A DNA stretch of 64,000 bases from Mytilus trossulus (Eukaryota), in NCBI RefSeq assembly GCF_036588685.1, contig NC_086383.1, positions 16,182,001-16,246,000 of the forward strand. Reading direction: 5' to 3'. Every line of letters begins with the position of its first letter. The first letter of the stretch is position 1. The notes under the pieces are model-generated. The model was not told the origin of the DNA, ran no database searches, and saw only the letters and a list, made by a program, of their open reading frames with translations. This document shows positions 26,128 through 39,900 of the stretch, piece after piece. The translations under genes were made by a program, and so were the position numbers.

Positions 26128-26443
26128 CGGTGAAAATTTATATATATTACGACATAGGGCGAAAACAACAAGGAAACATTTCTACTTTTACCGCCATGGA
26201 TAAACCCACTGACATATGTTCTATTAAATATGGACATACACAGAAGATGTAGGTTCGGGGAAGACAAGTCACGATAAAGTTCTTTATAGATCAGAAAGGG
26301 ATTGGAAAGTAATAGACATACCATTGAGTTCACAACATGGAATCAAGGAACCTGTAGCCTTGTGCTTCAACCAAGAATATAGTAAACTGTATATTGTCAA
26401 CGAATGGGGGAAATCAGTTTTGATTTTTGATGTTATTTCATGA
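26128..26443 (+). pseudogene. Frameshifted C-terminal NHL/beta-propeller fragment (TRIM-NHL-like)
   Basis: YDIGRKQQGNISTFTAMDKPTDICSIKYGHT, then a frameshift, then ...VLYRSERDWKVIDIPLSSQHGIKEPVALCFNQEYSKLYIVNEWGKSVLIFDVIS*. The ending is typical of a final NHL blade (GI..P.ALCF.....KLY.VN..G.SV..F). Confidence 0.6.
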
Positions 26444-29180
26444 ATGAATGAAAATACAGTTGTTGTGTTTAATATAAATCGATTACATGACCTGCGTCAG
26501 ATGGAAATTGACATTATGCAAGTGCACGTATACATATACTTTGTGCACGTATAGGACTTTTAATTATTTCAGAACGTTTGTTTTACAGCTATCTATTTAA
26601 AATGAACATCATTATATGAAAGAGGAAAATTATAGAGATTGAGATACGGTCCTTTTTGCCAAATCAGTATATTAGGAATACTCCATCTAAATTGTTCTTT
26701 TTTCAAATTATGTTGTAATGGTTGAATGTTTAAATGTTGTCTTCGTTGGTGCTAACGTTTGCAAGTATTTTTATACATGGCTGAACATGTTTTTTTTATT
26801 TTGATGTATTTGCTAAATCTTTTCTAGGTGTTTGTCTTACTATAAAAAAACAAAAGTAAAAACACAAAAATACTGAACTCCGAGGAAAATTCAAAAAGGA
26901 AAACTCAAAATCAAAAGGCAAAATCAAAAGTCCAAACACATCAAACAAATTGATAACAACTGTCATATTCCTGATTTGGTACAGGCATTTTCTAATGTAT
27001 TTCAGTCTTCAGAAAAAAAAGTTTATTCATAAGGTTAATTTTTGCTTATGGTTTCTCTTTTTTTTTTTTAAATCAGGTAGTACACACTTGTGTGCCACTT
27101 AAATTGTATTGTAAAGCTTATGTTCGTGTTATGTTCCAATTGTTGTGTTGATAAACAACTACTCCGATCCAAGTTTACTGAGGTATATATGTATGAGCAC
27201 TTAAACATTACGAATTTTTAAAAAAAGAAAAAAGAGATATAGTATAATTTAAATGAGACAACTAGCAAAAAAAGTAAAAATGAAGTTCATGTGAGCACTT
27301 AAGCCAAGCGTATGACCTCAAACAAAAAAATTCCATTGTCGACTATGAAAGTCCCGACAGTGCTTATATGAAACGAATCAATTAAAAAAAGAAACGGCCT
27401 ATTTCTTAATATACAATTTGCGAAAAAAATAATGTGACTGTCATTCATCAACGACAACCACCGAACTAAAGGCTCCGGACTTACGCCAGGCGCATAACAA
27501 CTGTGTTTGATTGAAATGTGTTTGTGTAATTAGTTAAAACTTTTACTGTTTTAAACAGAAGTGTATCAGAACACCACACTATTAAAATTAGTTGAAAAAG
27601 GGGTTACCTAATTAGATTGATATAAGGCAGAAAAACATCAAATAAAACAGATCAGACTTGGCAGGGTATTTATCCTTCCCTCATCTCAAACTACAATCAA
27701 ATCACCAAGCAGAGTTTTTAAAGAACTTGTAGTTACTAACAGCTCTATCAAAACCAATAACAACTAATTAAAAAGAATCACGTATCTTATATTTAAAGTA
27801 AAGACTTCATTCACAATCAGAGAAAAACATGACATTGTGCAATAAACGTATTTACACTTTTGGTATTTAGCTGTATTTTGCCTCCGAATGACCTTTAATC
27901 ACCTCCGAATAACCTTTTGACGTCAAACAACAATCACTTTTAAGTTGTGACGTCAAATGTTTTGAATTATGATGTCAAAGTTTACGGGAACCTGTGTGAT
28001 TTTATGTAATGGCGGACAAATTTGCATACAAGTGTAAATACGTCTATACCATAATAATTATAGATATCGACAGAACAACGACGTAAAATATAGGAGGGAC
28101 TTTTCCGGCTGAAATACGTTTTTTTACAGGTAAAGCTTGTAAAGTCAATCTTGCAAAACAAATATTTGTATCTTTAAAAAGGATTTTGTAAAGTTTTTTT
28201 TAGTAATTTGAGTTAACGAAATCCCAGACTTGATAATGTTCCAATATTACATAAGGTTGGGTGCAGACCAAACACTACAAAAAGTAAACAAACGTTAATG
28301 CCGCGTTAGTCTACTTCAATTTTCGCTTGTAGACACGCGTTTTCTATCATTACGTTAACGCGGTCAAAACGAATATTTGTAATGTCAAACAAGGTTTACT
28401 CTGATTCCGTTTAGTCAGTGCGTGTAGTAGACTGGCGTTTATTATCAGATTTGACAAGTTTAAGTTTACGTGCACTCAAATGTAAACGACGTTTACTTAA
28501 GATTTCACAAGTGTATGTTTACGTGCACTTGAAACTAAACATGATAAATGCGTGTTTATTGTTCACGTTAACTTATTATGTAAATTTCAAAAGATACTTC
28601 GTATACATGTGTATATATTTGTTATCTTGTTAAACTGAGTTGAAATTACCTTCATCAGTTTTGGAAACTGACTGTCATGAATATTTCAACTGTAAAACCT
28701 GTCCCTATGTGCTATTTGGTAATTTTAAAGCGTTTCTCATGAAAAGGGAAAACTAGCCTGTTCACGCTTTAAACAACAAAAACAAAGAATAAATTATAAA
28801 ACCACAAGAAATAACACTCTAAACTAAAGCAAGAACCACACAAACCCAATTTTATTCAAAACCAGGGATGATTTGAGGTTATCCTCAATAATGAAAAGAT
28901 CTTGCTATACAATTGACACCAGTAGAATTGCTAAAAAAATTACAAATTTTGTGATAAATCTAATTAGTTGATTAAAAATTCGAGGGAAAAATAAATTCAG
29001 ATCTTACACGAACTGGATACGGCCTACATCAATTTTGTAAACCAACTGTCAATAAATATTCCAACAGTAAAACTATGTGGGATTTTGTAATTTTATTGCG
29101 TTTTTCGTCACAAGGGAATTCAAGACTGTTCACGGTATACACAAAATAAACAATATAAACATAGTATAAATCTTAAATAC

Positions 29181-30532
29181 GAAGGGCCAAGTGAGCATTT
29201 CTCATCACTTTGGTCCGGCGTCCGTCGCCTGCCGTCGTTAGCTTTTAAAAAAATCTTCTCCTCTGAACTAATGGGCCAAATTTTACCAAACTTGTCCACA
29301 ATCATCATTGGGGTATCAATTTAAAAAAAAATGTGTCCGGTGACCCGGCCCGCCAACCATGATGGCCACCATGACTAAAAATACAACATAGGGGTAAACT
29401 GTAGATTTTTGCTTATATCTCTGAAACCAAAGCATTTTGAGCAAATCGACCTGGGGGGGGGGGGGGATTGTTAATCAGGTCAAGTTCTATCTACACTGAA
29501 ATTTTCAAATGAATTGGACAACCCGTTGTTGGATTGCAGCCCCTTAAGGAGGCTCGCGGGTATAAGATTTTCAGAAAAAAATTAAACATTTATTTTTCAT
29601 AACAAATTTTATTAATTACCTTTAGTAGTTGGTACTTTATCATTTGGTACAAAAATCATTCCAAAAAATCGATTCGTGTTGGCCCCAGGTGACTTTTAAA
29701 ATGAAGATATCATTGAAAAAGCTCCAAATTATCTCCCTTTGGTGCAAAAATGCCATTTTTTGGCATTAAAATTGAAATATCTTTTTTAACTCATCGGTGA
29801 CCTATATATTTTATTGTCGTTTTCGAATAAGCTGTACATAAACCAAATAATTGTAAAATTTAAGCGATTTCTGTAATTTAGTTCTTTTTTAATTTCGATA
29901 TTACCGCTTTTTCTCCTATTAGTTCAACAAAAAAAATGACATTAACAAAAATGTATGCTTCTTTCGAAGGCCGATTGTGAGCGTAAATGAACGGTGACCT
30001 CATTTTTTTATTTCATTTTTCTACTAAGTATAAGATAAAGTTCATTTATAGAAAAATATAGCAAAATCCTATATTAAATAAAAAATTTGATTTAGACCCG
30101 CGAGTCCCCTTAATTGGTAATTTTAAGAAAATTTTACAGCTTTTTGTTATTATCTTGAATATTATTATAGAAAGAGATAAACTGTTGTCAGCAATAATGA
30201 ACAGCAAAGTAAGACCTAAAAATAAGTCAACATACCCAAGATGGTCGATTGACCCCTTAAGGATTTATTGCCCTTAATGTTCACTTTTAAACAACTTTCA
30301 TGAATTTTATACATTTTTTTTAAATATTTTCATAGTATTTCCCACTGTAACTACTAGGCCAAGTTCATTATAGATAGAGATAATTGTAAGCAACAAAAAT
30401 ATTCTTTAAAGTAAGATCTACAAACACGTTACCATCACCAAAACACTATTTTGTCATGAATTCATCTATGTCCTTTGTTTAACATGCACATATACCAAGG
30501 TGAGCGAAACGTGCTCTTTAGAGCCTCTAGTT
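29181..30532 (+). mobile_element. Helentron-associated non-autonomous element (HINE/DINE-1/pearl-like), 5' end eroded
   Basis: 5' gaagggccaagtgagc...cgtccgtcg microsatellite-like head, and 3' ggtgagc subterminal repeat followed by hairpin gctct-tt-agagc and ctctagtt. Confidence 0.65.
29548..30109. mobile_element. TTAA-flanked MITE (Kolobok-like) nested in the HINE
   Basis: TIRs ggaggctcgcgggt / acccgcgagtcccc; TTAA at 29544-29547 and 30110-30113. Confidence 0.8.
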
Positions 30533-30556
30533 GTATGAATAAAATCCTGTATACTG

Positions 30557-30822
30557 CATACCTGCCAACTGTCACTATTTGCGGGGGATTTCCCCCATGA
30601 AGGCTCCGAAATGGAAATTTTGAAAGAGCAATTTTGTTCACAATTTTAAACAAAACATTTGATTTTACAAGGGCTATAGGATTGTAACAGAATGAAGAAG
30701 CCTAAAAACAACATTAAAATATATATTAAGCCCCCCTTGAAGGTTTTGTAAGACTGTAAAAGCAATATTGCACGCAAAACTGCCATGGGCATTTTGAAAA
30801 GTTAACAGCCTAAACAGGTATG
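30557..30822. mobile_element. hAT-like MITE, uninterrupted relative of 18684-19831
   Basis: Starts catacctgccaactgtc and ends caggtatg; colinear with both flanks of the MULE insertion. Confidence 0.6.
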
Positions 30823-32244
30823 ATACTGGAAATGTAAAATCTAGAATTAAAAAACAAAAAGGAGTCCATGTCAAAAGATATAAACAATTCACTAAAATTA
30901 TTTGCAAGTTGGTAAAAGCATTTTTGATTTTTGTCCGAAAACTGGAAAATTATCCTTTTTTAATGAATAAAACCCTATTAACTTAGAAAGGTAAAATCTA
31001 AAAAAATTTAAAACCAAAGGGAGCTCAGGTCAATAAATATAAACAATTCAACAAAGTTAAATGCAAATTGATAAAAGCGTTTTTGAGTTAAATGTCCCAA
31101 ATGTTGATGACGGACGGACAATGAAATTGAGACTGAAAATGTGTCAAAGAGACAACAACCCAACCATAGAGTAGACAAAAGCTGATGGCCAGCAATGGGT
31201 CGTCAATATGTATCTGTATTCTCATAAACCAAAATACATCCTGTAAACAGGCGTATAAAAAGTAGCACAATTCTGTTGTTGACTAAACAGGTCAGGATAT
31301 GTATTTTCATTCTCTAAAGTTAACCTCAACCAAATGTGATAAAACTTAATCATAATGATAATTACTACAAAATACAGATCAAGTTTGAATTTTTGTGATG
31401 TCACTTAAACTATTCAAGAGTTTGCCTGTATGCTAAACTTTTGAGACTACAAGCCGGAAGAATAATTTAAAAAAAAAGTTTAGTTGGAAAAGAAGAATTT
31501 TACTTGTCGTTTAGTGCACAGACTGCGAGTTATATGTCCTTTAACATATAGAAGAATTTCTAAATTTTTCAATTACTTATATGTAAGTTTACCTAAACAA
31601 AATGTTATGAATTGTATACTCAATACTTATTGCCACACAATCGGACCAAGTACACATTGCATCACTCTCAACATCCCTCAATTATGTCTTATTATAACTT
31701 TATGCAAGCAAGTTCATTATATGTGTCCAATGGAATTTATTTAAATAACGGAAAAAACCCATTGCTTTCATGTTTCACTTTGCGGTAAAAATTTCCTAAA
31801 AATCGCCATATTTGGACGGAGCCCAGTGATGAATTTGTATTCTATATTCATATCTGTAGATTTAATTTATAATTTTACTGAAGATTAAATGTATCATTTG
31901 CCCACTGTTAATTTTTGAAAAGGTTGAAAGATCAATTTATCATTTAAAGCATTATAAAATTAACTAGGTTAACAATGATAGATGGTTTGTATGCCGCTTT
32001 CAGCAATATTGTGATATTTCGAGATGTTTTGGATGCAATTAGATGTCCTGAATATTAGTTCTCAACCAACCAGATTCAACATTAAATATTATACAAATTA
32101 CAATTGGTTCCCTTGCCCAAAGGAGATATGTTAAATTGTTCACCATGTTTCCCCCGAAGTTAGTGTCCGAGGGAAAATGTGTCTGATTTAGGGTAAACAA
32201 ATCTAGGGAAGCCGGTTAGTGTCAGGGTAGAGTTTTATTTTTAA

Positions 32245-32660
32245 ACTAAGCTAACTTGTTTAAACGACTTAGCTAAGTTGTTATAACGACTTAGCATATT
32301 AATCTTGTTATAACAACTTAGCTTACTTGTTTAAACGAGTAGGCTAAGTTGTTATAACAAGATAAATATGGTAAGTCGTTATCACAACTAAGCTAAGTCG
32401 TTATAACGACTTGGCATATTTATCGTGTTATAACAACTTAGCTAACTTGTTTTAACGACCTAGCTTACTTGTTTTAACAACTTAGCTAAGTTGTTTCAAC
32501 GACTCAGCATATTTATCTGGTTATAACAACTTAGCTAACTTGTTTTAACGACTTAGCTTACTTGTTTAAACAACTTAGCTTACTTGTTATAACGACTTAG
32601 CTTACTTGTTATAACGACTTAGCTAATTTCACTCGTTATAACAACTTAGCTTACTCGTTA
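32245..32660. repeat. ~18-25-bp unit tandem array containing a ~140-bp spacerless palindrome
   Basis: Units such as aacgacttagcttacttgttat; palindrome centred on gttt|aaac at 32332/32333. Confidence 0.9.
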
Positions 32661-34677
32661 TTCATTCTTTGCTTCATTTACTTTTTTATCTTACTATAAT
32701 CATTGCTGTACTAATTTTGTAGAAATTAAAAATATTTCTCTGAATAAAAACTACAATATCTTAATCTTACTATGTTGGATTTAAACCTATTATAGTATTT
32801 CGATCAACAAATGTATGCATTATTTGACAGAGATCAGTTGTCATTATCAATAGCACAATTAATAATGCAAGTTAATTCCATCACGTCAAGTTATCGAAAC
32901 ATAAGTTTTGATAGCAATAGTTTAGTATGGTTATCAGAAAACAATTGCGATACATACTATGTTAAAAGAAAAGGCAGATAATTGAAAGCTTGCAATTCAG
33001 TCGTTCATTATAAAGTTACCAGTTTCCAACAAATGGCTGGCAAAATGTAGATTTCAGTTGTCTAATCAGGGAATGTATGAAAAAAGTTAAGACAATATCA
33101 TTGGAAGGATTGTTTTTGGTCATTTTTCGTATAAAAAACATGATATTTATATCTCATTTTATTTTTTTTTCATTGACTACATGTATGTAAGGTATCAGAA
33201 TGTGTGTAGTTTATTTTCATGTTATTATTTGATCATAACTAATCATCTGATATGATGAGGATTGCAATAATAACAGTTATGCCTGGATTTTTTCCCCTAA
33301 AATAAAAAAAAAAATCCAAAAATTCAAAAGTGACCTTTTTTCAAACAAAATTTAAAAAAAAATAAAAAATATACCCTCTGAGATATTTTTATCAAGAATG
33401 CATCATATGCAGTATTTTATAATGATCATCTTCGTTTTTGCCAAAAAATCTGAAAAAAAAAATTTTGAAGCCATAAAATTGGGTTATTTTGTGATTTTTT
33501 GCAAATCTTGATTTTTTGAAAAACATCAAATTTTAAATTTCAAATTTTTTACTTTAGATGAAAAAACTTTCGAAACTTTCAAATGTATTTTGAAACACTA
33601 ATATATAATAGCTGAAGAGCAAAAGAAAATTAGGGATAGATGTGTCCAGTGTATTGGGAAAAAAGCGGTAAAAAAGGGTAAAAATGGAGTTTTCATCGAG
33701 CATTTTTGGCGTTTTTCAACCAAAATCAGAGCAACTTGTTTCCATGGCAACCAACACTTCAAATTTTTAAATGAGTATTATTTTTGTTGTCAGTGCACCA
33801 TTACTAACCCATGATCTGAAAATAAAGGATATCCATGAGTATGCATTTCTCATTTTCTTTGAAATCCTTTGATGCTTACAGAGAATGACTCTTAAATGAA
33901 CCAAACTAACACTCTTAACAAAAGCAAGAGCAACACAAACCCCTTATATTCAAAACAAAGAGTGAGCTGAGGTGATTTTCTACGGTAAAAACATCTTGCT
34001 ATACCATTGACTCAAGCATAATTGCTAATATAAGTTAAAAATTGGTGATAAGTCTAATAAGTTGATTTCAAACTCGAGGAACCATTTGACGATCTTTTGG
34101 TGACAACAGTTAAAACATATCGATTGTCATTTTCGATACAAATATTTCAGAACTGTCATTCAATTCGTTATAGCGTCCGTTTCAAACTTTTGAAGGGATT
34201 CGTTAATGTTCATTCTAAGTTTTATAACTTTATCATAAGACAATGGAAGCTCATGAATATAGTTTAATTTTCAGATATAAACTTTATAAGCAGACGCTGC
34301 TGTAATAATGTTGTTAAATGGATTGGAAAGGTCTACACTTTGGAAGGAAGCTGATATCATCTTAACCTTCTTAAAGTTTTGTTCTCCACTGAACTTGCAT
34401 TAACAATAGGGTATTTTGTATATGAAACACAAGAATGGAAGCGGGGGATAGGAAAACATATTTGTCGTCCATACATATGTTATGATTACCGTATAAATAT
34501 TTGGCACCATCGGTTAAGAATCAATCGCTTCTCGTGATCTTATACAGACGATGATATGCATGCATGTCGTAATACAACAAATATGGATCGTATCACTAAT
34601 ACTCCCAGCTAGTAACATGTTTCTAAATACGAATTATCCGGTTCACAGAGACAATCATACCGCTATTTATATGCATG

Positions 34678-34930
34678 ATATATGCGTCAAGGTGTCTCTA
34701 AAGAAGTAAACCAATGATTTCAGGATTTTACAGCATACAATAATTGATATATCGACGTGTTTGAAAAGGTAACTTTGTTTAAACTGAAATGATATCATCG
34801 TTATCTATTGCTATTTAAGAAGTGGATTAAGTTCACAAAATAGGTAGCATACCTGAGAAACCACTGTAAAGTTATTCAACTTCCTTATGTGTAATCCTTT
34901 GTAAACACAAATTCATAAACAATCGACTTA
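34678..34930 (+). promoter_or_regulatory. Putative proximal promoter of receptor paralog A, conserved with paralog B
   Basis: Colinear blocks tatgcgtca, aatgatatcatcgttatctattgc, gaaaccactg..aagttattcaacttcctta, tgtaaaca and tcataaacaatc are shared with 62075-62300. Confidence 0.65.
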
Positions 34931-35003
34931 AGTTGTTTAACTTTTATTAAATTTAAGATATGCTTCCTTGTTTTGTGTCTTAACGTTATATAGGGGGTTT
35001 AGA

Positions 35004-35064
35004 ATGAATGAAAGAATGTGGATTATCATAGTGGCCTTAGTTATAGATATAAAGTGTGCGAATG
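35004..35064 (+). CDS. Paralog A exon 1, signal peptide MNERMWIIIVALVIDIKCAN
   Basis: ATG, hydrophobic core, G|gtaagt phase 1; equivalent exon in paralog B. Confidence 0.8.
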
Positions 35065-36898
35065 GTAAGTTTTACTATCAATTCAATATGGGATCTGCCA
35101 AAATTGTCTTTTTATCAAATATATTACTCTGATCTTTATTTAAGCGGCTAAGAATAGAGACACAATAATTAGTAAAAACTCTTTAACCAAATACAGATTT
35201 ACAAAAGTGCTGCCTTCTTCAGTGAAAATTTCCATGCTAGAAATGAACAATACTTATTTAATTATAGGTATTATTTTCCTTGCTCACAAAAATGTCGTGA
35301 TATCACTATACTTTATACAAAGGTTCTTAACCTGTTCATCTTTTCATGTTTTAATTACTACGATTATTCTATCAAATTAATTTGAAGATTTACACCTGAT
35401 GTACTAAAATTAATTTCAATAAATACTCCAAAAAAACTCGTCCGATTAAGTTTTACTGAACAACTGATATAATTATAGTTTTTGACAAATAGCCGATCGA
35501 ACGTTTATTTCTTTTCCTGTAATTATTATTTATGCTGCTAAATGCTATACATTTCTGTAATACTACATTCCAGATCGCAAAAAAAATATGTCTAGCGTGT
35601 AGATGAAGAGATATACACATCTTTTAATTACGACTTGTGCTGAACAGCTGCTTTTATTTCAAACACTCACATGTTCATGTTTAGGATTACTCACTTATAC
35701 GTGTGTGCACTGATAAATATTGATGTAGTATGTTTGTTGTGTTTGATAACAGCGCCACCTGTAATAAATCACAAATAGCGAAATCTAATGATGAAATTCA
35801 TTGTATTGCAGCCACGGTATGTCAATGCTATATGTAATGCGCACACTGTTATATCATTCATCAAATAGTGCGTGCGTAATCTGTTATTACATTTACATAT
35901 AAATTTAAAATCATGAATAGAAATTGTTTGAAAGCCTAAGTGTTACCTTGTGAGGATTAATGATTATTACCGATAACTAAAATGATACAAAAACAGAATT
36001 AAGCTTCGGCACTTTACTGCGATTCATAAGGACATCAAACATGAATAACTCTAAATATGGTTGGTTGACCAATTATCTTTATATCTACGTGAGGTTTGGG
36101 GTTTATTTCGAACAAACAAGGCCTTTATAACATTTTACATCAGCAATAAATCAGAAAAAAAGGAATCTTAAAAAACTAGTATATTAGTAGGCGAACAATT
36201 TATTTTCAAGTACAAAATGTGTTCCCAGTATAATGAGAGACTTGTATAAAAGTAACACTATATCAGACAGTGAATGGCTTCTTTGCTTATTTGGCAATAT
36301 CTCTCTACATATAAATCTATTTTTGAATCTATTTTGAAAATGGCCCAATTAAACTGTATTACAAGCACTGACGGCCTACCCGGATTGCTATAAATACACC
36401 ACACAAAATGAATTCATCGATCAAATATGCAACTTCTTGTTCGATTGGATGCATGAAACGGAAGGCTGTTTTAGATAATATGATCAAACGGTTGAAAACT
36501 TTTTTTTCATTTGCTATAATCATTGATAATGTAAGGGTTACTCAAGTATATATTGTATTTCATAATTTTTATTTCATGGAGTTATTATTCAACCGTTACT
36601 TTTCTGCGTGATGATTAAATATATTTCTATTTTTTTTTCTTTTTTGGTTGTAAAAATCAGAACTTGTTTAATAATAATCATTGGAACAATCATATACCAG
36701 ATACCAACTTCATTTTAACAATTAGCAAACCTCCTACAGTATCATCAGCAATAAAAGGCACCGTTATTACAAAAAAAATATTTAAAAGACAGACACCAAA
36801 ATATTGACATAGTTCTCTCTTTATGTAAATTTTATCACTAAATGTCTTTCTTGATTCCGTGATGTTGGATTGCAGCCGATTTGACACAGTTTTTCCTT

Positions 36899-36930
<32 letters not shown>

Positions 36931-39900
36931 CTTTTTCCATTTATTAGAAAATGTTATAGCACTTTGAAACCTAGATATCGTTGTGTTAATGTAAACAGTT
37001 TGTACTTTTTTTTCTCAAGATAAAGATGTTTAAAATTTCATCATTAAATATTTATATTAATTCTTTAATGTATTGTTAATAAAATTGAGAAAGGAAATGG
37101 GGAATGTGTCAAAGCGACAAATCCGACCATAGACATGATAGAGCCGACAGCCACCAATGGGTCTTCAATGTAGCGAAAAACTCACACACCCGTAGGTTTC
37201 CTTCAGCTGGCCCCTTAAAAATATGTATACTAGTACAGTGATAATGGACGTCATACTAAACTCCGAATTATACACAAAAAACTAAAATAAAAAATCATAC
37301 AAGACTAACAAAGGCCAGAGGCTCCTGACTTGGGACAGGCGCAAAATTGCGGCGGGGTTAAACATGTTTATGAGAACTCAACCCTCCCCCTATACCTTTA
37401 ACCAATGTAGAAAAGTGAACGCATTACAATAACGAGTTTAGTATTTAATATTTTTCCATTTCTAAGCTTCGTATTTGTTTTTTAGTATGTGGATTTTATT
37501 TGAAAGGAGCAAAGACTGGCGTCCAGAATATGACCCAGCACACAGTAAATTGAATAATGTAAAAATGAGACAACTGTTCGGCTAAAGACGTCAAACGCTT
37601 TTTGTCATAAATTACCCGACAAATTTAACAAAAGATAGGGTATATCAAGGTAGCGACTGACGTCTGACTAATTAGATGAATGGGGTTGAATATTAAAATA
37701 CTACTTTTTGATAAATATTCCTGAAGTAATTAACATAGAGAAGTTAGTTTTTACTTTTTCCAGTATTATATATTTGTTCCACCCTAACCGTATTATATTG
37801 GCATAAAATGTTACATTTCATCGGACTCCTCACTTCCTAGTAAAATAAGCAGATGTGACAATAGATTAGACTACATGTAATATATCAATCTTGAAGGGGT
37901 ATTACAATGCTCCTATATTATTAAATCTAAAGCTTGTAAACTATGTCCAAATCGTGTTGATCCATTGAATTTTCTCAAAAGGGATTCTTGAAAGAACGTT
38001 GTCGATGATGTATAACTATAACCATCATTTAGAATGTATGATAAACACATTTCAAGAAAGACTTCAGTAAAACAAAATGCGTCACAAATGTAAATCGTCG
38101 CTTCTGAATGCTTGCAAAAGTATTCATCTTAATAACAATCCCCCAATAAATTATCTGCATAGAATATACTATATTTTAGTAAATATGTTAATAAAATATC
38201 AACAGACACATAGGTTTGTTTTTAATTTTTTTCTGACAATGCATACGTTAAAATTGTCGCAGTGTGACCGACATTCATTAAAACTGAATTGATAGAGTTG
38301 AACGGCATACGGGTACGTCAATAAGATAGCAACCCAAAAGGTCTCTTAGGTTAAATATGGTTTTGTAGAATATCACAGGTGACTATACAAGATAAAACTA
38401 GACTTTAACTAACTTAGCATTTAAACATCGGGATTTTTTATATCATCAACTATTGAAATAACACAGATCTGCAATTTATGGATATAGCAAATAGATTTCT
38501 ATATGTAAGGTAGTGCATCTAGGGACGTGTTCACATTGACATAAACTCACACATACACTAAACATAATTACGTTCCCATTGATAAAACTCAATGTTGACA
38601 TGTAGTTGAAATCATGTTTTGTCTACATGCAATCCATAGTCGATGTTAGCCTTGTGTAGATTAAGTGAACATAAAAAATGGGCATTCAGAACTTTCATTT
38701 TCCCACGTATATTTGAAAAAGAAACGATTTTTATATAAAATTGATACTTATAACACTTATTAATAAAGTTATTTACAGAAATATTTTTCTAAACTTGATA
38801 TATGTATTTGTTATAAAAACACTTTACTTAGCCTTATTAACCCCTTATCAAGACTCATCAATCATCATTGCCGAACACATAATTTATTTGAAAAAGTCTT
38901 CCCGAATCGACTGGACGTACACACTGACAGAAATATTTGCCACTGGTCTTTTCTCAATCAACGATTCACTCATAAATGTATTACTGAAAAAGGCTGAGGT
39001 GAATTGATTGTTTGTGCAGTACCGTAGATCCGTTAAAATACAATTAGAAATGAAAAAAAAACATTATCCCACTCTTTCCAAAAACTCCTTGGAGAAAAAA
39101 TACCATTTGAAACAAACAGTAGTGATCCTTAACATCGCAATTGATTTTCTTCGTCTATAAGCACACTGATGCAGCCTACGTTTTTAATGCGTAATCGAGA
39201 CATCCTTAAACTCCTGCAAATCCTTCCAAAATGACTTTCTTAAAGGAGCAGCCACTTTACTTTAAAAAAAGGGGGGTCTGAGTTCTGAGTTCTCGCGCGA
39301 AAGTTTATATTTAGTTTTTTTCGATGGTACCAATCCACTATTTAACACTATAATGTATGGGGAAACTTTGGATTCAGAATATTTGTTCATTCTAATCATT
39401 TGTGTGACCCGATTTTTTTTTATATTTAATCAAATTGTGGGAAAATCCATCCCCCTCTTTTTATTTTAAGTCAAATGGTCGTTCCCTAACTACTAGAAAA
39501 GTACAGTAGACATGTTTACAATTATTTTAATGTAATGTACACTGGTTTCACATTAAAGTTGTTCACATCTATACACATAGTTTATTACCTGTACATAAGA
39601 TTTGTTCACACTTGTAAACTATATGTCATTTAAATGTCCATTACGTAGAACCGAATGCAAACTTTTCTAGCAGTTAGGGAACGACCATTTGACTTCAAAA
39701 AGGGAGGGGAAGAGGGAATGGATTTTTCCTTGAAAAATATTCTGATCCCTAATTTGATAAAAACAAAATTCTGATCATACAGATGATTAAAAAAATTATT
39801 CTGAATTCAGAGCTTCCCCATACATTAAAGAGTTAAATATTGAAAAAAACAGTTGGTTGCTAGCATCGAAAAAACCTGAATAAAAACGTTCGCACGAAAA

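Noticed and set aside
35748-35765. CTCF-like motif cagcgccacctgta in intron 1
   Set aside because: Partial match only; could occur by chance.
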